Below are positions 25,398-37,004 of a DNA stretch of 64,000 bases, piece by piece (position 1 is the first letter of the stretch; each line of letters begins with the position of its first letter). Source of the DNA: Carcharhinus longimanus (Eukaryota); contig JASCQW010000043.1 in assembly GCA_030264375.1 (NCBI GenBank), forward strand, positions 77,653,983-77,717,982, in the 5' to 3' direction. The notes below the pieces were generated by a model. The model had not been told where the DNA came from, did not search any database, and was given only the letters and a program-made list of their open reading frames with translations. The translations under genes were made by a program, and so were the position numbers.

Positions 25398-26625
25398 NNN
25401 NNNNNNNNNNNNNNNNNNNNNNNNNNNNNNNNNNNNNNNNNNNNNNNNNNNNNNNNNNNNNNNNNNNNNNNNNNNNNNNNNNNNNNNNNNNNNNNNNCTA
25501 ATAAATAACCTCGAAATCTGGTTACCTAATTCAAAAAGCCCGTAAGTGGATAGCAAACAAAATAATTTAATCTGGTGCAGAAGGAGGTGCTCTTCTAATG
25601 TTGGGCTTACATCATATTACTAGGGCAGAGCTCAGGGAGTTTTAATCTCCATCTGATCTTGCTGCACCCACAGTTAGAATGCTCAATGCTGACAGAGTGG
25701 GAGTAATGTGTTATTTGCTGAGATTGACGCCTCTCATTTCAACAAACAAGCACAAAACCACTAAGTACGTACTTTAACCTTAGCACCCCAGCTGAAATGG
25801 ATTGGCTTGCATAAAAATTACAACTGTTGACTTTTAATCAGTTATTACATGCTGTTCATATATGTTTTTCATCTCTGTGGCAGAGCTCTTGGAGCTTTTG
25901 AAAATACTGCTTTTAATAAGGACCAACAAATACACAACAGATGTGAGACAAAGCAATTTACTACCCATGAGTATCTATTAATAAACAAAAAGGATGATGG
26001 AAACCACTAATGCTTGTACTGCAAATTTCATTGGTTTGTTTTGATGATATGCTATTTATTTTCTGGTACTGGGCACAAATCCTTGGATACAACAAAAAAA
26101 TCTCCATTCTGCATGAATCTGGTTTCCCATTGATATAATGGTTTAGAAATTGCTGTTGTGTGCTAATCAAGAGTTAATAGAGTATTACTTCAGGTTTTAG
26201 GGATATACAGAGAAAGCTATTTCACTCTTAGGTTTATCCAAGCATGTACATTTAGAACTCAAACAGCAGGCCACCTAATGGACAGGCACGATAATAAGAA
26301 CATAACAATAATGATTGCCAAGTTGTATTAGTTGAGTACACAAAACTCCAAGGCATATAGAACTATATTGCCGCTCTTTCACAGTTGCTGAGTCAAAATC
26401 CTGGATCATCTTCCAAACAGTACTGTGGGTTTACCTACATTCCATTGACTGCAGTACTTCAGGGTGGCAGTTCACTATTACTTTCCCAAAGCAATTAGGA
26501 ACGGGCAAATAAATGCTGGCTGAGTCAGCAATGCTCACGTCCTGTGAGCAAAGAAAAGAAACACACATTCAAATCCCTAAAATAGCACAAGAAGAACTTG
26601 TGAACTCTTGGCATTTTACAGCACC

Positions 26626-27420
26626 ATGAAGTTGGCAAAGCCAAGAAAATGCTGCTTCAGTAATCAAGCCTTGTAAGCACTACTTAGAACTCATCAAGAA
26701 GTGAGGATACAGTCTATGGAATGGACAGCAAAGTGGAAGACTGTGAAACCAGTGGCTTCTCCTTCACTCAATGTTGGTACCATAATGCTTCCATCTTATA
26801 ACACTACAAGTGGCTGCCACACACAATCACCTTGACTAATATCACCAACACCAGGTCATACAAAGATACTTGCGCTTGAAGGTGGTTACTTAATGTGGCA
26901 TTCTACATTTTCTTTGCTCTAGAATGGAAGAACACAGTTTCAGTAACCAATATTGAATTCTCCTGATGTTGAAGTCTTGGATTCTGATCTTCAAGATGTT
27001 TTATTATCTGGAGTCAACATCATAAGTGATGACACTGAGCCAACCTTGAGCTACAGTGTCCCAGTTATGAAAAGTTCTGCTCTCAAATACACCAGCCAAC
27101 ATGCTGAGCGAATGCCCTGGAGCATGCTGCATGTTGGAGTGGATGAAGCAGTTGCTTTTCAAAGCAACAACACATCTGGCCAATAAAGCATCCCTCTGCA
27201 AGAAACAGCATACATGCCAGAAATGGAGCAGGACCAGGCAGCCACTGAAGGAGCAGATGCACAGCTGGAGGCTTATATTAATAGACCACAACTTGAACAG
27301 GTAAAAATGCAACTGAAAGCTGAAAAAAAAAGCCACCATGGAAATTCCACACATCAGGCAGCATATTTACTCTTAACACTGAAGCATACTGCACAAAAAA
27401 CACAAAATGGATAAACACTA
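26626..27420 (+). pseudogene. Decayed Harbinger Myb/SANT-like ORF
   Basis: MKLAKPRKCCFSNQAL*ALL resembles the R.P.FS..aLe.Ll start of Harbinger DNA-binding proteins. It is convergent with the transposase remnant. Confidence 0.4.
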
Positions 27421-27739
27421 CAGCACCAAAAACTGACAATATTCAGAAAGTGCACAATGGCTTAAATCAATGTTCTGCAGTTGATTTTTCTATTATACTG
27501 TGCTAATGATTTAAGTGCTGAAGATTTGTACTCCAGTGCAGACTACTTTTGGAGCAAAACAGAAAACAATAGCTGAGGGACTGCATAAGAACCTCCAGGA
27601 AAATTAAGAAATCAGGCATTTTATACGCTTATTGAAATGTGCCTTCTATTAATAAGGGATGCAGCAGTCGTCATCGTTATTTCCACAAGTTCTCCCTTGC
27701 TATCCTAATATGTCAATGTATTCAAGATTCTATTCTTGT

Positions 27740-28780
27740 TCAATTTCAAAACCTCTTTGGAACATTAAGTACAGCAATTGACAATGACCTGAGACCTTGT
27801 GGTTGACTGGCTATCCTGTAATTTAACCCCTGATGCAAGCACAGCTTCAGGAACACAACAGTATTCTTCAGAATCATTCTGGTGATAGTATGAACTACTT
27901 TTCTTCTGTCCCTAGCTTCTTCAGTGATAAGAGCAAGAGGATCATTAACCACAAATGGAGGAAGTAGACTGTCTTCCACGATCCACCCTTTCACTCATCA
28001 TTCCCTTCTACACTAAGCTGGCATACGCAACTGGTGGAACATAAAATCAAAAGGAAAGCACATGCAGGCCTGCATGATGCTCATTGCAGACCAGCAGCAT
28101 AGATGAAGCAAAAACCTTTTTAATTCATGTAGGTCAGTGCATTCTGCACAGTGGCTCAAAGGGCAGAATCTATGACTTTTGGAAATCCAAAAAAATTGCA
28201 CCCTCCTCCTGCCACTTTTCTACTCGAAAGACACCCGCCCCCCACTCCTGCCACTTTTCTAAGTTGCTGTCGAATATGATGAACACTCTAGTCAAATAAT
28301 ATGTCTGTTATTTCATTGATGTACCACTGTACAGCAAACTGGCTGAACCACAAATGTGTGCAGTGCCAACGTTTCAAGTCAAAGCTGACAAAGGGTCATC
28401 CTGACTCAAAACGTTGGTTCCTATTCTTTTCCCACAGATGCTGCCAGACCTGCTGAGATTTTCCAGCATTTTCTGCTTTTGTTTCAGATCTGCAGAATTT
28501 TGTTTTTATCGAACAGTGTTTGGTTAGAAGGATTTGGACACATGGCTTTGACAGTTTTTTGGGAGTTTTCCCAAAAGAACAGGCACATCTCTGCTTCTCT
28601 GAAAAGCCTTCATCTCCTAAGGCTGCTTTTCAGTCTTGCCCAGGTCGCTGCGGCTGAAATAGTAGATCCAATGTACAATGTGGTGGCATAATCAGGTTGT
28701 ACATGTTGTACAGCACCTGATACTTTCACCACACTTTTCTTCTCTTGCTGATCCTCCTCAGCCGCATGCTATCCTAGTGA
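27740..28780 (-). pseudogene. Decayed Harbinger (HARBI1-family DDE) transposase
   Basis: Motifs in order, with frameshifts: ICG/FSQFAVQWYINEITDILF, N*KGFASSMLLVCN (cf. NRKGFHSxNVQLVCD), GWIVEDS/YFLHLWLMI (cf. GWLLGDxGYPLxxWLMTP), HTITRMILKNTVVFLK. Confidence 0.75.
28367..28505 (+). mobile_element. Penelope-like terminal fragment (second family) inserted in the Harbinger transposase
   Basis: ctgacaaagggtcatcctgactcaaaacgttgg...cagatgctgccagacctgctgagattttccagc; the same family occurs at 34080, 39610 and 61393. Confidence 0.7.
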
Positions 28781-30014
28781 AACATTGAATTTAATAACTA
28801 TTGGATGTTCAGTCTCTGAGACGAACCATGCAGAAGTATACTTCAGGTTACCATCAAGGAGTATGTTGCCTCTGCTGTAATGTTTGACTGATACATGTAG
28901 TAGGTACAGACTGCACTCCCAATTCATTAGCTTTGCTTAGTATGTCACACTTCTCCATTAAGCGCTTGTATCATCAGCAATAAACCAAAGGAGCTTAATT
29001 TTCATCTTCAGTGCAACAGTGGACAGAAACCACTCACCTTCAACAGCAAATTCAGGCAATGTGCACCGTTCCCCACCCCACTGTTACTATTTGCTAAATT
29101 CCAAAAAACTGGGCTTGCAGCTAACAAAGGCTCTTTGGCACCCATTCCAGTTTATTTGGAGTAACTCCGGGATCAAATCTGGGACATTCTGGCTACTTAC
29201 TTATTGGAGATAAACTTGCTGAGGCATCATGGGTCCCTCATGTATATTATCCCAACTTTGCTTTTTGCCTGCCCAATCTATCAGTGCTATATTTATTTTA
29301 TAATAACATTTTAAACAAGCTGCTTATCCACTTTGGCAGGGCCCAAATCAGAGTCTTACTTTGACAGAATAATTATTCTAGCTCAGTGTGTGTATGGATC
29401 CTAATATTAGGGGAAGACAGGGTTCAGCTTGATACCCTTCCTGAAAACTAACCTGCCAATACTGTCAATGGGTCATATATCAATAATGATCAACTGAGCA
29501 AAATATCAGGGTACTTGGTGACAATACAACGATGAGTAACGAACCTCTTCAGGAGAAGATGAGAGAAAAAGTGACAAGAAAAAAGGGGAAACAAAAATAA
29601 ATGAAAAGCAATGTCAAATATTATTCTTGTAAAAGCTGAAGACTTAAACATGTGTCTGGCTCTGGGAGCATGTCCTAGGATTTCCTGATAATCCAAAAGC
29701 ACACATCAACATATCCCACAGGTTGAGTAAAGTCAGACATTTTCCCCAACAAAGGAAAGACATTTAAAGCACAGGTCATGCAGACATCACTTCCATATCT
29801 CCCAGCAGCTGGGTGCATGTCCCAGCCTTGCAATTGTATATTCTCTGAGAATACATGAAAAGAGGATACAGAATGGAAGTTGAATACTCTGCTCGTACAC
29901 TCTGACACAAAAAGACATGAACTCAGCAGCCCCATTAGTATATGTTAATCTACTGTTTTTTTCATGTTAGAATGTATTCAGATTCAGGAAGTGGTGGTGA
30001 CAGTGATGGAGCAC

Positions 30015-30509
30015 TCCCAGACTCTCACCAACTTTTACAGATGCACCATAGAAAGCATTCTTTCTGGTTGTATCACAGTTTGGTATGGCTCCTGCTCTGC
30101 CCAAGAAAGTTGTGAATGTAGCCCAATCCATCAGCAAACCAGTCTCCCATCCATCGACTCTGTCTGTACTTCCCACTGGCTCAGCAAAGCAGCCAGCATA
30201 ATTAACGACCCCACACACCCCGAACATTCCCTCTTCCACCTTCTTCCTTTGGGAAAAAGATACAAAGATCTGAGGTCACCTATCAACTAACTCAAGAACA
30301 GCTTCTTCCCTGCTGTTGTCAGACTTTTAAATGGACCTACCTTGCATTAAGTTGATCTTTCTCTATACTCTAGCTATGGTTTTAACACTACATTCTGCAC
30401 TGTCTCGTTTCCGTCCCTCTGAACAGTATGTTTTGTCTGTATAGCACTCAAGAAACAATACTTTTCACTGTATGTTACTACTTGTAACAATAATAAACCA
30501 AATCAAATT
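30015..30509 (+). mobile_element. Rex1/Babar 3' fragment
   Basis: TLTNFYRCTIESILSGCITVWYG motif, followed by the aataaaccaaatcaaa tail. Confidence 0.88.
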
Positions 30510-31390
30510 AGAATATTAAGTGTCAAATGATAATAGATTGTGGCTGAATAATTGGAAGTATGCAAACAATTCTGCTATTGATGCTGGAGATGTTAAACTG
30601 TGACTTTGAGTATGTTTGGACCATTCTCAATATCAAGGGTTTTTAACTGAACTATTACAGTACTGTGATAACTGTGCTCCTGTGATAGTTTTAGCTAGAG
30701 GATCTTGAAGGAATGAAGGAAAGGTTAAGTGTGACTTTGAGAGGAACTTGAAGTTGATGATACTTCTCCCAAATTGCTGCTGTTACACTTCGAGCACAGG
30801 GTAGAACATAAGAACATAAGAAATAGGAGCAGGAGTAGGCCATCTAGCCTCTCGAGCTAGGTTTCAAGGCAGAGGTTTCAAGTAATTCAGGCATGTAGAA
30901 TTATAGGTCATAGAAATAAGAAAAATAGGAAGAAATTTAGAATAGAAAGCAAGAAAATATTCTTTAGAGAATTGAGAGATTGTAAAATTGACTTCAAGGG
31001 TATAGTGGTTGAGGTAAAAATGGGAGAAGTTTTTTTACCCCACCTGGGTGGACAACTATAATCAGTCAAGTTATTTGTTTGCCCTTCAACTGGGCTAAAT
31101 CATATTCAACATCATAACATTCAAGGAAATGGAACAGGTGCAGGAAAATGGGATTAGCGCACTCTTAATGGTAGTTACTATCAGTGCAACTTAATGGGGC
31201 AAAGGGCCTATTCTGTGCTGTAAGATTCTATGGCTAAATCTACTGATCATGATTTTTGCACAGGTTTCTGGCTGCCAGCTAAGTTAGGCACACAAAATTG
31301 GTGGGTTCCATTATATTCAAACGAGGGCTCCGATTTCCAGGAGGTTGAGGCCCAGAGTTGAAATAGTCTGGGCCAGTTCTCTGCAGCAGC

Positions 31391-31999
31391 AGGCTGAATT
31401 TTATAGTTGCGGTGGTGGGCCCAGCAACCAGGTGGAGAACTTGTGGCAATCCTGCCGTGGCCATTCTGAGCACCCCTGACCCAGCTTAATGCCAATTGGG
31501 CACTTACCCATCAGGGTCCATGTTGTGTTCAGGGGAATTTCCAACCTCCCAGAGCTACTGGCCAGAGGTTGGCACTTCTCCAGTGCCTGCACCTCCACTG
31601 GGAGTGGTGGTCACTGCTGGTACTACTGGATGCCCAGGTTACAAATCGTTGCTGGAGTTTGGAGTGAAAGTACACAAGGTGGGAGTGCCAGGGCCAATCA
31701 AGGAGGCCTCAGTGAGAGGATGGATGGGGATTAAAGGGCAGCTAGGGTCTTTGCACATGGGCAACTCTTGCGCCCAACGGTTCTCTCCCTTGGCCATAGG
31801 CTGCCTAGGCAGAAGGGATCCCTCCACCAGGCCGCAGTCATGTCTAGCTGGATTTACCTGGTGGTTTTCCCACATGCCATGGTCTTGCCCTGCCACTGGT
31901 AGAATACCAGCACTGATGGATGGAACACTCATTTGGCCTTGAAATGACCGTGAATTCCTCCAGGTCTTGAGTTTCTAAACAAGGTGGAAAATCCACCCC
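31391..31999. mobile_element. Harbinger-type MITE
   Basis: GGCTGAATTTT start and AAAATCCACCCC end. Confidence 0.6.
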
Positions 32000-32895
32000 T
32001 ATTTGTTCAGATAGTACTTCCATTATTCATGTCTACTAAATCAGTCTTCTTTCACAAAAATCTTGAAGCCTTGCCCTCCCTAGTTTCTGACCTAGCTTCA
32101 ATCCTGACTTCTGCAAGTTCACCTCATTCATTATTTAGCTCCTGCACTCCCAACTGTGCTCCACTCAATTCCTGGCCATTCAAATTTCCTTCCTGATAAT
32201 CTTCCAGACAAAGTTCAGCAGGTCTCTCGGTAGCTATGAGCTCTGCTTCTGGTTGCTTACTCTGCTTAGATGTGCTCCTAGAGCTTTTATCACTGAACCT
32301 CCTATATCTAACCGCACCCCACCAAACCAAACAGGTAAAATCATTCAAAGAAAATGAAAGAGGGTCATCATTTGCTTCAAAGCCACTCTGATTTATTTTC
32401 CTGGGTTGGTTGCGGTATAGAATTGGAGATTAATCATTAAAATTTTGGAGCTTCCATGTTAATCCTGCAGAGTTTTCAACTTTGGTTACACAGACAGGCA
32501 AAATTCCCACTGAAAAACCTGGGAATTCTTCAGACTGAAAAGTCAGCAGAGTCAGAGAGTTTTACAGTGCAGAAAGAGGTCCTCTGTCCATCCTGCCAGC
32601 CACGAAGCACTTATCTATTCTCATTCCATTTTCCAGCACTTGGTCAGTGGCCTGGTGTGCTATGGCGTATCGAATGCTCATATGATCAGAAAATGATTGT
32701 ATGGAAAATGCACAGCAGAATCCCTGCAGAACCATATTTTCTGGGCTCCAGTTGAGAGATCTGCCCCAGCTCTGCCCAGCTAGACCAACATTTCAGAATA
32801 ACACTTTTATTCTCTTCTTTGTATGTATGATTGATATGAGGAAACCTCCACTTACATGAGTCAAGAATTTAGCTCCTCCTTCAACTTTACCATAC

Positions 32896-32942
32896 CTGCT
32901 GCAAATTGTGATATTTAAATCTCTTCGAATATTGAGCAAACA
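32896..32942 (-). CDS. Possible coding exon (47 nt, or 62 nt from the alternative acceptor at 32957); FAQYSKRFKYHNLQQ
   Basis: Pyrimidine-rich acceptor ttttcccctgctcag, donor CAG|gtatgg, open frame ending in phase 0. No homology recognised. Confidence 0.3.
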
Positions 32943-35114
32943 CTGAGCAGGGGAAAACTGTTGAATCACAAAAGTGAAAGCTGAATGCAACTGTGAGGAA
33001 AATTATATCGGCATATGGTTAGAAGTATCATACAAAAGTTCATTGCACATTTCAAGCCCTAAAATACTAATGTGTGAAAGTAATGTGGAGATTTCAAATT
33101 AACCATGTGATAATTTCTGAATTTAACTGCTGCTTTCATAAAATGTGTAAATTGGCAGGTTTGCTAAATCAAAAATGTGTTGATTAATGCAAAACTCAGC
33201 CTAAATATATCAGGCCTGTTTCTGATGGCAATGTGAGCATGACTCAATCTCATTGGCTGCCTCAAATCAAATAGGCCTTTACAGGTGACCTCATAAGTAG
33301 GTAACGTCATAACATTTATTTGCTGATTTAATTACTGAGGTTCTCAATAGTGGCACGGATTCAGGAGCACTTAAAAGCCTCCCAAAATAACTCGCATCAA
33401 CTATTCACATTGTGTCTCTTAGCGATTTTATTTATCATGAGGTGATGGTAAAGCACAGCAAAGGGACAAAAATAGAATGTTGAATGTATGATAACAACGA
33501 ATGCTGCTCCCAGCCTAGAAAATATAGATGCACAATTCACTGAAACACCTCTGATAATATTCTTGGCAACAACACATCAAAAATCCCTTGCTGCTGATTC
33601 TCGACATCTGCTTGCTCAGATTGATCAGGCTGCATACAACCTACACGCATTGTTCAGCTGAGAACTTGAGCTTCAAACCCAATAATTCAGGCACGACCAA
33701 ACCATTAAAATTAATGGACAGAAAATTGTGAAGTGGGTGATTCAGAAATCGAGAGTGTAGAAGAGCAAGTGGAGATGACAGGGATAGAAGAGGGAACAAC
33801 TAGCCAGGCTTCTGTTCACCGTTTATGTGTAATATACAGCTGTTTCTCAGCTGGCACTGACGCAATGGGCTAAATGGTATCCTGCTGTGTAGTATATTTC
33901 TGCATGGGTGTGGGATTGGTATAGTGTTAGGCCTGTCTGTCTTCAGATGAAAATTGATGCAAGAACAGAAGCATCTCCATATCTTTTCAGAAGCCCCTGG
34001 AAGGAGCAAAAAAGGCCCTGAGTTGTCCCTATACAAGGAGATGATATGAGCCTCCTCTCCCAGGTTGGGCTCCACAGTCTTGAAAAGGGTCACATGGATG
34101 TGAACCGTTAACTCTGTTTTACTCTCCGTAGATGCTGCCAGACCTGCTGGGTTTATCCAGCATTTTCAGTTTTCAATTGGGATCCACACTTAGCTGTTGA
34201 ATGCCTTAGTCTTGGTTGACACCTTCAGTGGGAACCAAGCTGACATATTAGAGTATTTCTGCCCATTTGAAGTCTCTTGCCACTATTGCTGATGCTGCTT
34301 TGGCATCTTTGTTGTGGAATCATAAACCCACTTCTAACACCTCAAGGAAAATGTGGTCAGGTTTGGCTGAGATTACATGGGTAGGCAGAAACCCATGTCA
34401 TTAAAAATATCAGGAAAATCCAAGCCTCGGTGCCTGGATGTCATGACTAGTAATATAATAATAACTGTTGAGAACAATTGGAGTTGCCCACTGAACGCGA
34501 TTTGATTGTGCACTCCACAGGTCTCAGAGCAGTACCTGTGATGACAAAAGATGAAACATTTAGCAAGATTTCTTGGCAGCTCTTGTAACTAAAGAAAAAT
34601 GTCCATGACTGCTGAGGCAGCTACAAGAAATGTTGATTTAGATGCAAATTGATAGCATGCAACCGGGTAAGTGTGACTGATGAACTCTACAATGCCACAG
34701 GTTGTTAATGCAGTGCTGGACTGACGGCAGGAATAAATATAAATAGCAAGGTACACAAAGGCTGTGCATCTGAGGTGCTGGCCCAGCAAATGATCTTCAA
34801 AGAAACTAGTGACATCTCAGAGTTCATTCAGCTGAGTAGAGACAATGCAAGCATTACTCTGCACAGTACCTATATAAGGAAGAAGAAAACACCTTTGACT
34901 GGTGTTTCAAGTTAGGGATAGCATGTTCATTTTGTCAGTCAATAAATCATCGAGGAAACCTTTTTTACTGCCTTGACCTTCACCAAGAATGTGATATGGC
35001 AAAAAGCAAAATTACACGTACCTCCCAACTGCCTGCCATCTTTGTGCCTGATGAGATTTTGAATTGGGCCTTGCAGTTAGTGTCCTGTGTCCTTGCGTGA
35101 TGGAATTGTTTTTG

Positions 35115-35676
35115 GAACTTTGATGGAATTCTTTGAGAACATTACATGTGCAGTGGACAATGGGGAACCTGTGGAAGTGGTGTATCTGAATTTCCAGAAG
35201 GCATTTGACAAGATGCCACATCAAAGACTGCTACATAATATAAAGATGCACGATGTTACCGGTAATGTATTAACATGGATAGAGGATTTGTTAACTAACA
35301 GAAAGCAAAGAGTGGGGGTAAAATGGGTGTTTTTCTGGTTGGCAGTGACTAGTGGTGTATCAGGGATCAGTGTTGGGACCACAATTTATTATGATTTACA
35401 TAGATGATTTGAAGTTGGAGACCAAGTGCAGTGTGTCAAAATTTACAGATGATATTAAGATGAATGGCAGAGCAAAGTGTGCAGAGCATGCTGAAAGTCT
35501 GCAAAGGGATAATAGATAGTCTAAGGGAGTGAGCGAGGGTCTGGCAAATGGAGTACAATGTTGGTAAATGTGAGGTCATCCATTTTGGTAGGAATAACTG
35601 CAAAATGGACTATTATTTAAATGGTAAAAAATTGCAGCATGCTGCTGTGCAGAGGGACCTGGGTGTCCTTGTGCAG
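35115..35676 (+). mobile_element. CR1 LINE RT fragment (runs into a gap)
   Basis: EPVEVVYLNFQKAFDKMPH, KFTDDIK and MEYNVGKCEVIHFG. Confidence 0.9.
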
Positions 35677-35776
35677 NNNNNNNNNNNNNNNNNNNNNNNN
35701 NNNNNNNNNNNNNNNNNNNNNNNNNNNNNNNNNNNNNNNNNNNNNNNNNNNNNNNNNNNNNNNNNNNNNNNNNNNN

Positions 35777-36150
35777 CCATGGTGAGCCTCTGAGTGGAGC
35801 CCGGGTGCAAGGTTGGGGGGTGGGGGGAGGGGAGGGTGGTGAGCTGGAGGCAGTCAGCAGGGCCCAGGCCCGGGGTGAGGCTTCTCCCTCACACAGACAC
35901 AGGCACATGCCCCGGCCCCGCCGCTGCTGCTGCTGGTGCGAGCCTCACAAAGCCCAACACAGCAAGGCAGAGACTATCCCGAGGCGGCCGCTCCCTGCTC
36001 AAACCACACAAGGAAGGGGGAAAAAAAACCCCAGCCTCCTCAAACAAAGACTAATTCATCTTTTCCCCCCCCCCAAAAAAAAACACACCAACAAAAGAAC
36101 AGTTTCTGGTCCGTCATAAAACCGTCGCAAACTTTCCCTGTCCCTCTCCA
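35777..36150 (-). other. Probable first exon (GC-rich 5'UTR and Kozak ATG at 35780-35778) of the minus-strand gene; the coding part is lost in the N gap
   Basis: The minus strand reads ...GGCTCACC ATG G immediately before the gap. The GC/CpG-rich leader has CAG/CGG runs and lies downstream of the promoter array. Confidence 0.5.
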
Positions 36151-36170
36151 GCTTGGCTGGGGCCGCGAGG

Positions 36171-36470
36171 AGCTATGGGAGTTGTAGTTCGGGGGGAAAA
36201 CCAATGGGAGCTTTCGTTCAGGCGCGACGACCCATGGGAGTTGTAGTTCTGACGCGCCAACCAATGAGAGCTGCAGTTTCCGCGCGAAGCTCAATGGGAT
36301 CTGTAGTTCGGGCGCGGGGATCCATGGGAATTATTGTAGTTCCCGTACAGGGGACTTCTCGGCGCTGTTGTCCCGGCGCGTGGGGCTCAATGGGTGTTGT
36401 AGTTCCTCCGCCGCTATTTGTTGCCGCGACTTGTGCCGGAAAAGACTACAGAGTCTAGGATGCGCTGCGG
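36171..36470. promoter_or_regulatory. Array of ZNF143(Staf)/THAP11(Ronin)-type ACTACAnnTCCCA motifs
   Basis: Seven ATGGGAnnTGTAGTT-like units at 36175, 36204, 36234, 36264, 36294, 36324 and 36390, plus one opposite-orientation GACTACA...GGATGCGCTGCG at ~36444. Confidence 0.8.
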
Positions 36471-36519
36471 CACCCTCACCTCCTGCCCAGGGAAAGTTTG
36501 TATTTGTCGGCTGTGTGCG
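36460..36519 (+). other. Probable first exon of a plus-strand transcript (5' end uncertain)
   Basis: Consensus donor GCG|GTGAGT at the CpG-island edge. No downstream coding exon was found in the window. Confidence 0.5.
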
Positions 36520-36544
36520 GTGAGTGCAATTGGAAATCCTGTAA

Positions 36545-36742
36545 CAAGTCTTACAACACCAGGTTAAAGTCCAACAGATTTATTTGGTAGCAAACACCAC
36601 TAGCTTTCGGGGTTTGCCCCTTCGTCAGGCAAACCTCGAAAGTTAGTGGCTTTTGCTACCAAATAAACATGTTGGACTTTAACCTGGTGTTGTGAGACTT
36701 CTTACTGTGTTGACCACAGTCCAACACCGGCATCTCCACATC
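36545..36742. mobile_element. Penelope-like inverted-repeat (hairpin) element with a hammerhead core
   Basis: Arms 36546-36616 and 36629-36700 are near reverse complements. The minus strand reads CTGACGA-A-GGGG caaa CCCC-GAAA-GCTA-GTGG. Confidence 0.8.
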
Positions 36743-37004
36743 ACTCAAAATCCTTCTGGCACCATTTATTGTGACGCGGAGATGGGGCAAACCCCGAAAG
36801 CTTGCGAGTTTACTATCAAATCAATCGGTTGGACTGAACACCATTTATTGCTACGTTTCCAAACCGTGCCCCCCTCCCCCACACCCACCGGTGTTTGTAG
36901 TTTGCTGGGTGTCATCTAGTAGCTCAATCTTTTATCTCTCAAAGCCTTCACTTTTTTTTGGTCAGGTTCGCTGAATAAAGGACTGCTCGCAACTCCCCTG
37001 AACA

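Larger units (their letters stand above)
35790..36520. promoter_or_regulatory. CpG island / bidirectional promoter
   Basis: The only strongly CpG-rich non-repeat stretch in the window. It has CCAAT, CGCG and ACTACAnnTCCCA motifs and is flanked by divergent first-exon signals. Confidence 0.85.

Noticed and set aside
36171-36410. 30-bp periodic array as a CRISPR array
   Set aside because: Eukaryotic CpG-island context, degenerate ~16-bp repeats with ~14-bp linkers and no cas genes. It matches a known transcription-factor motif.
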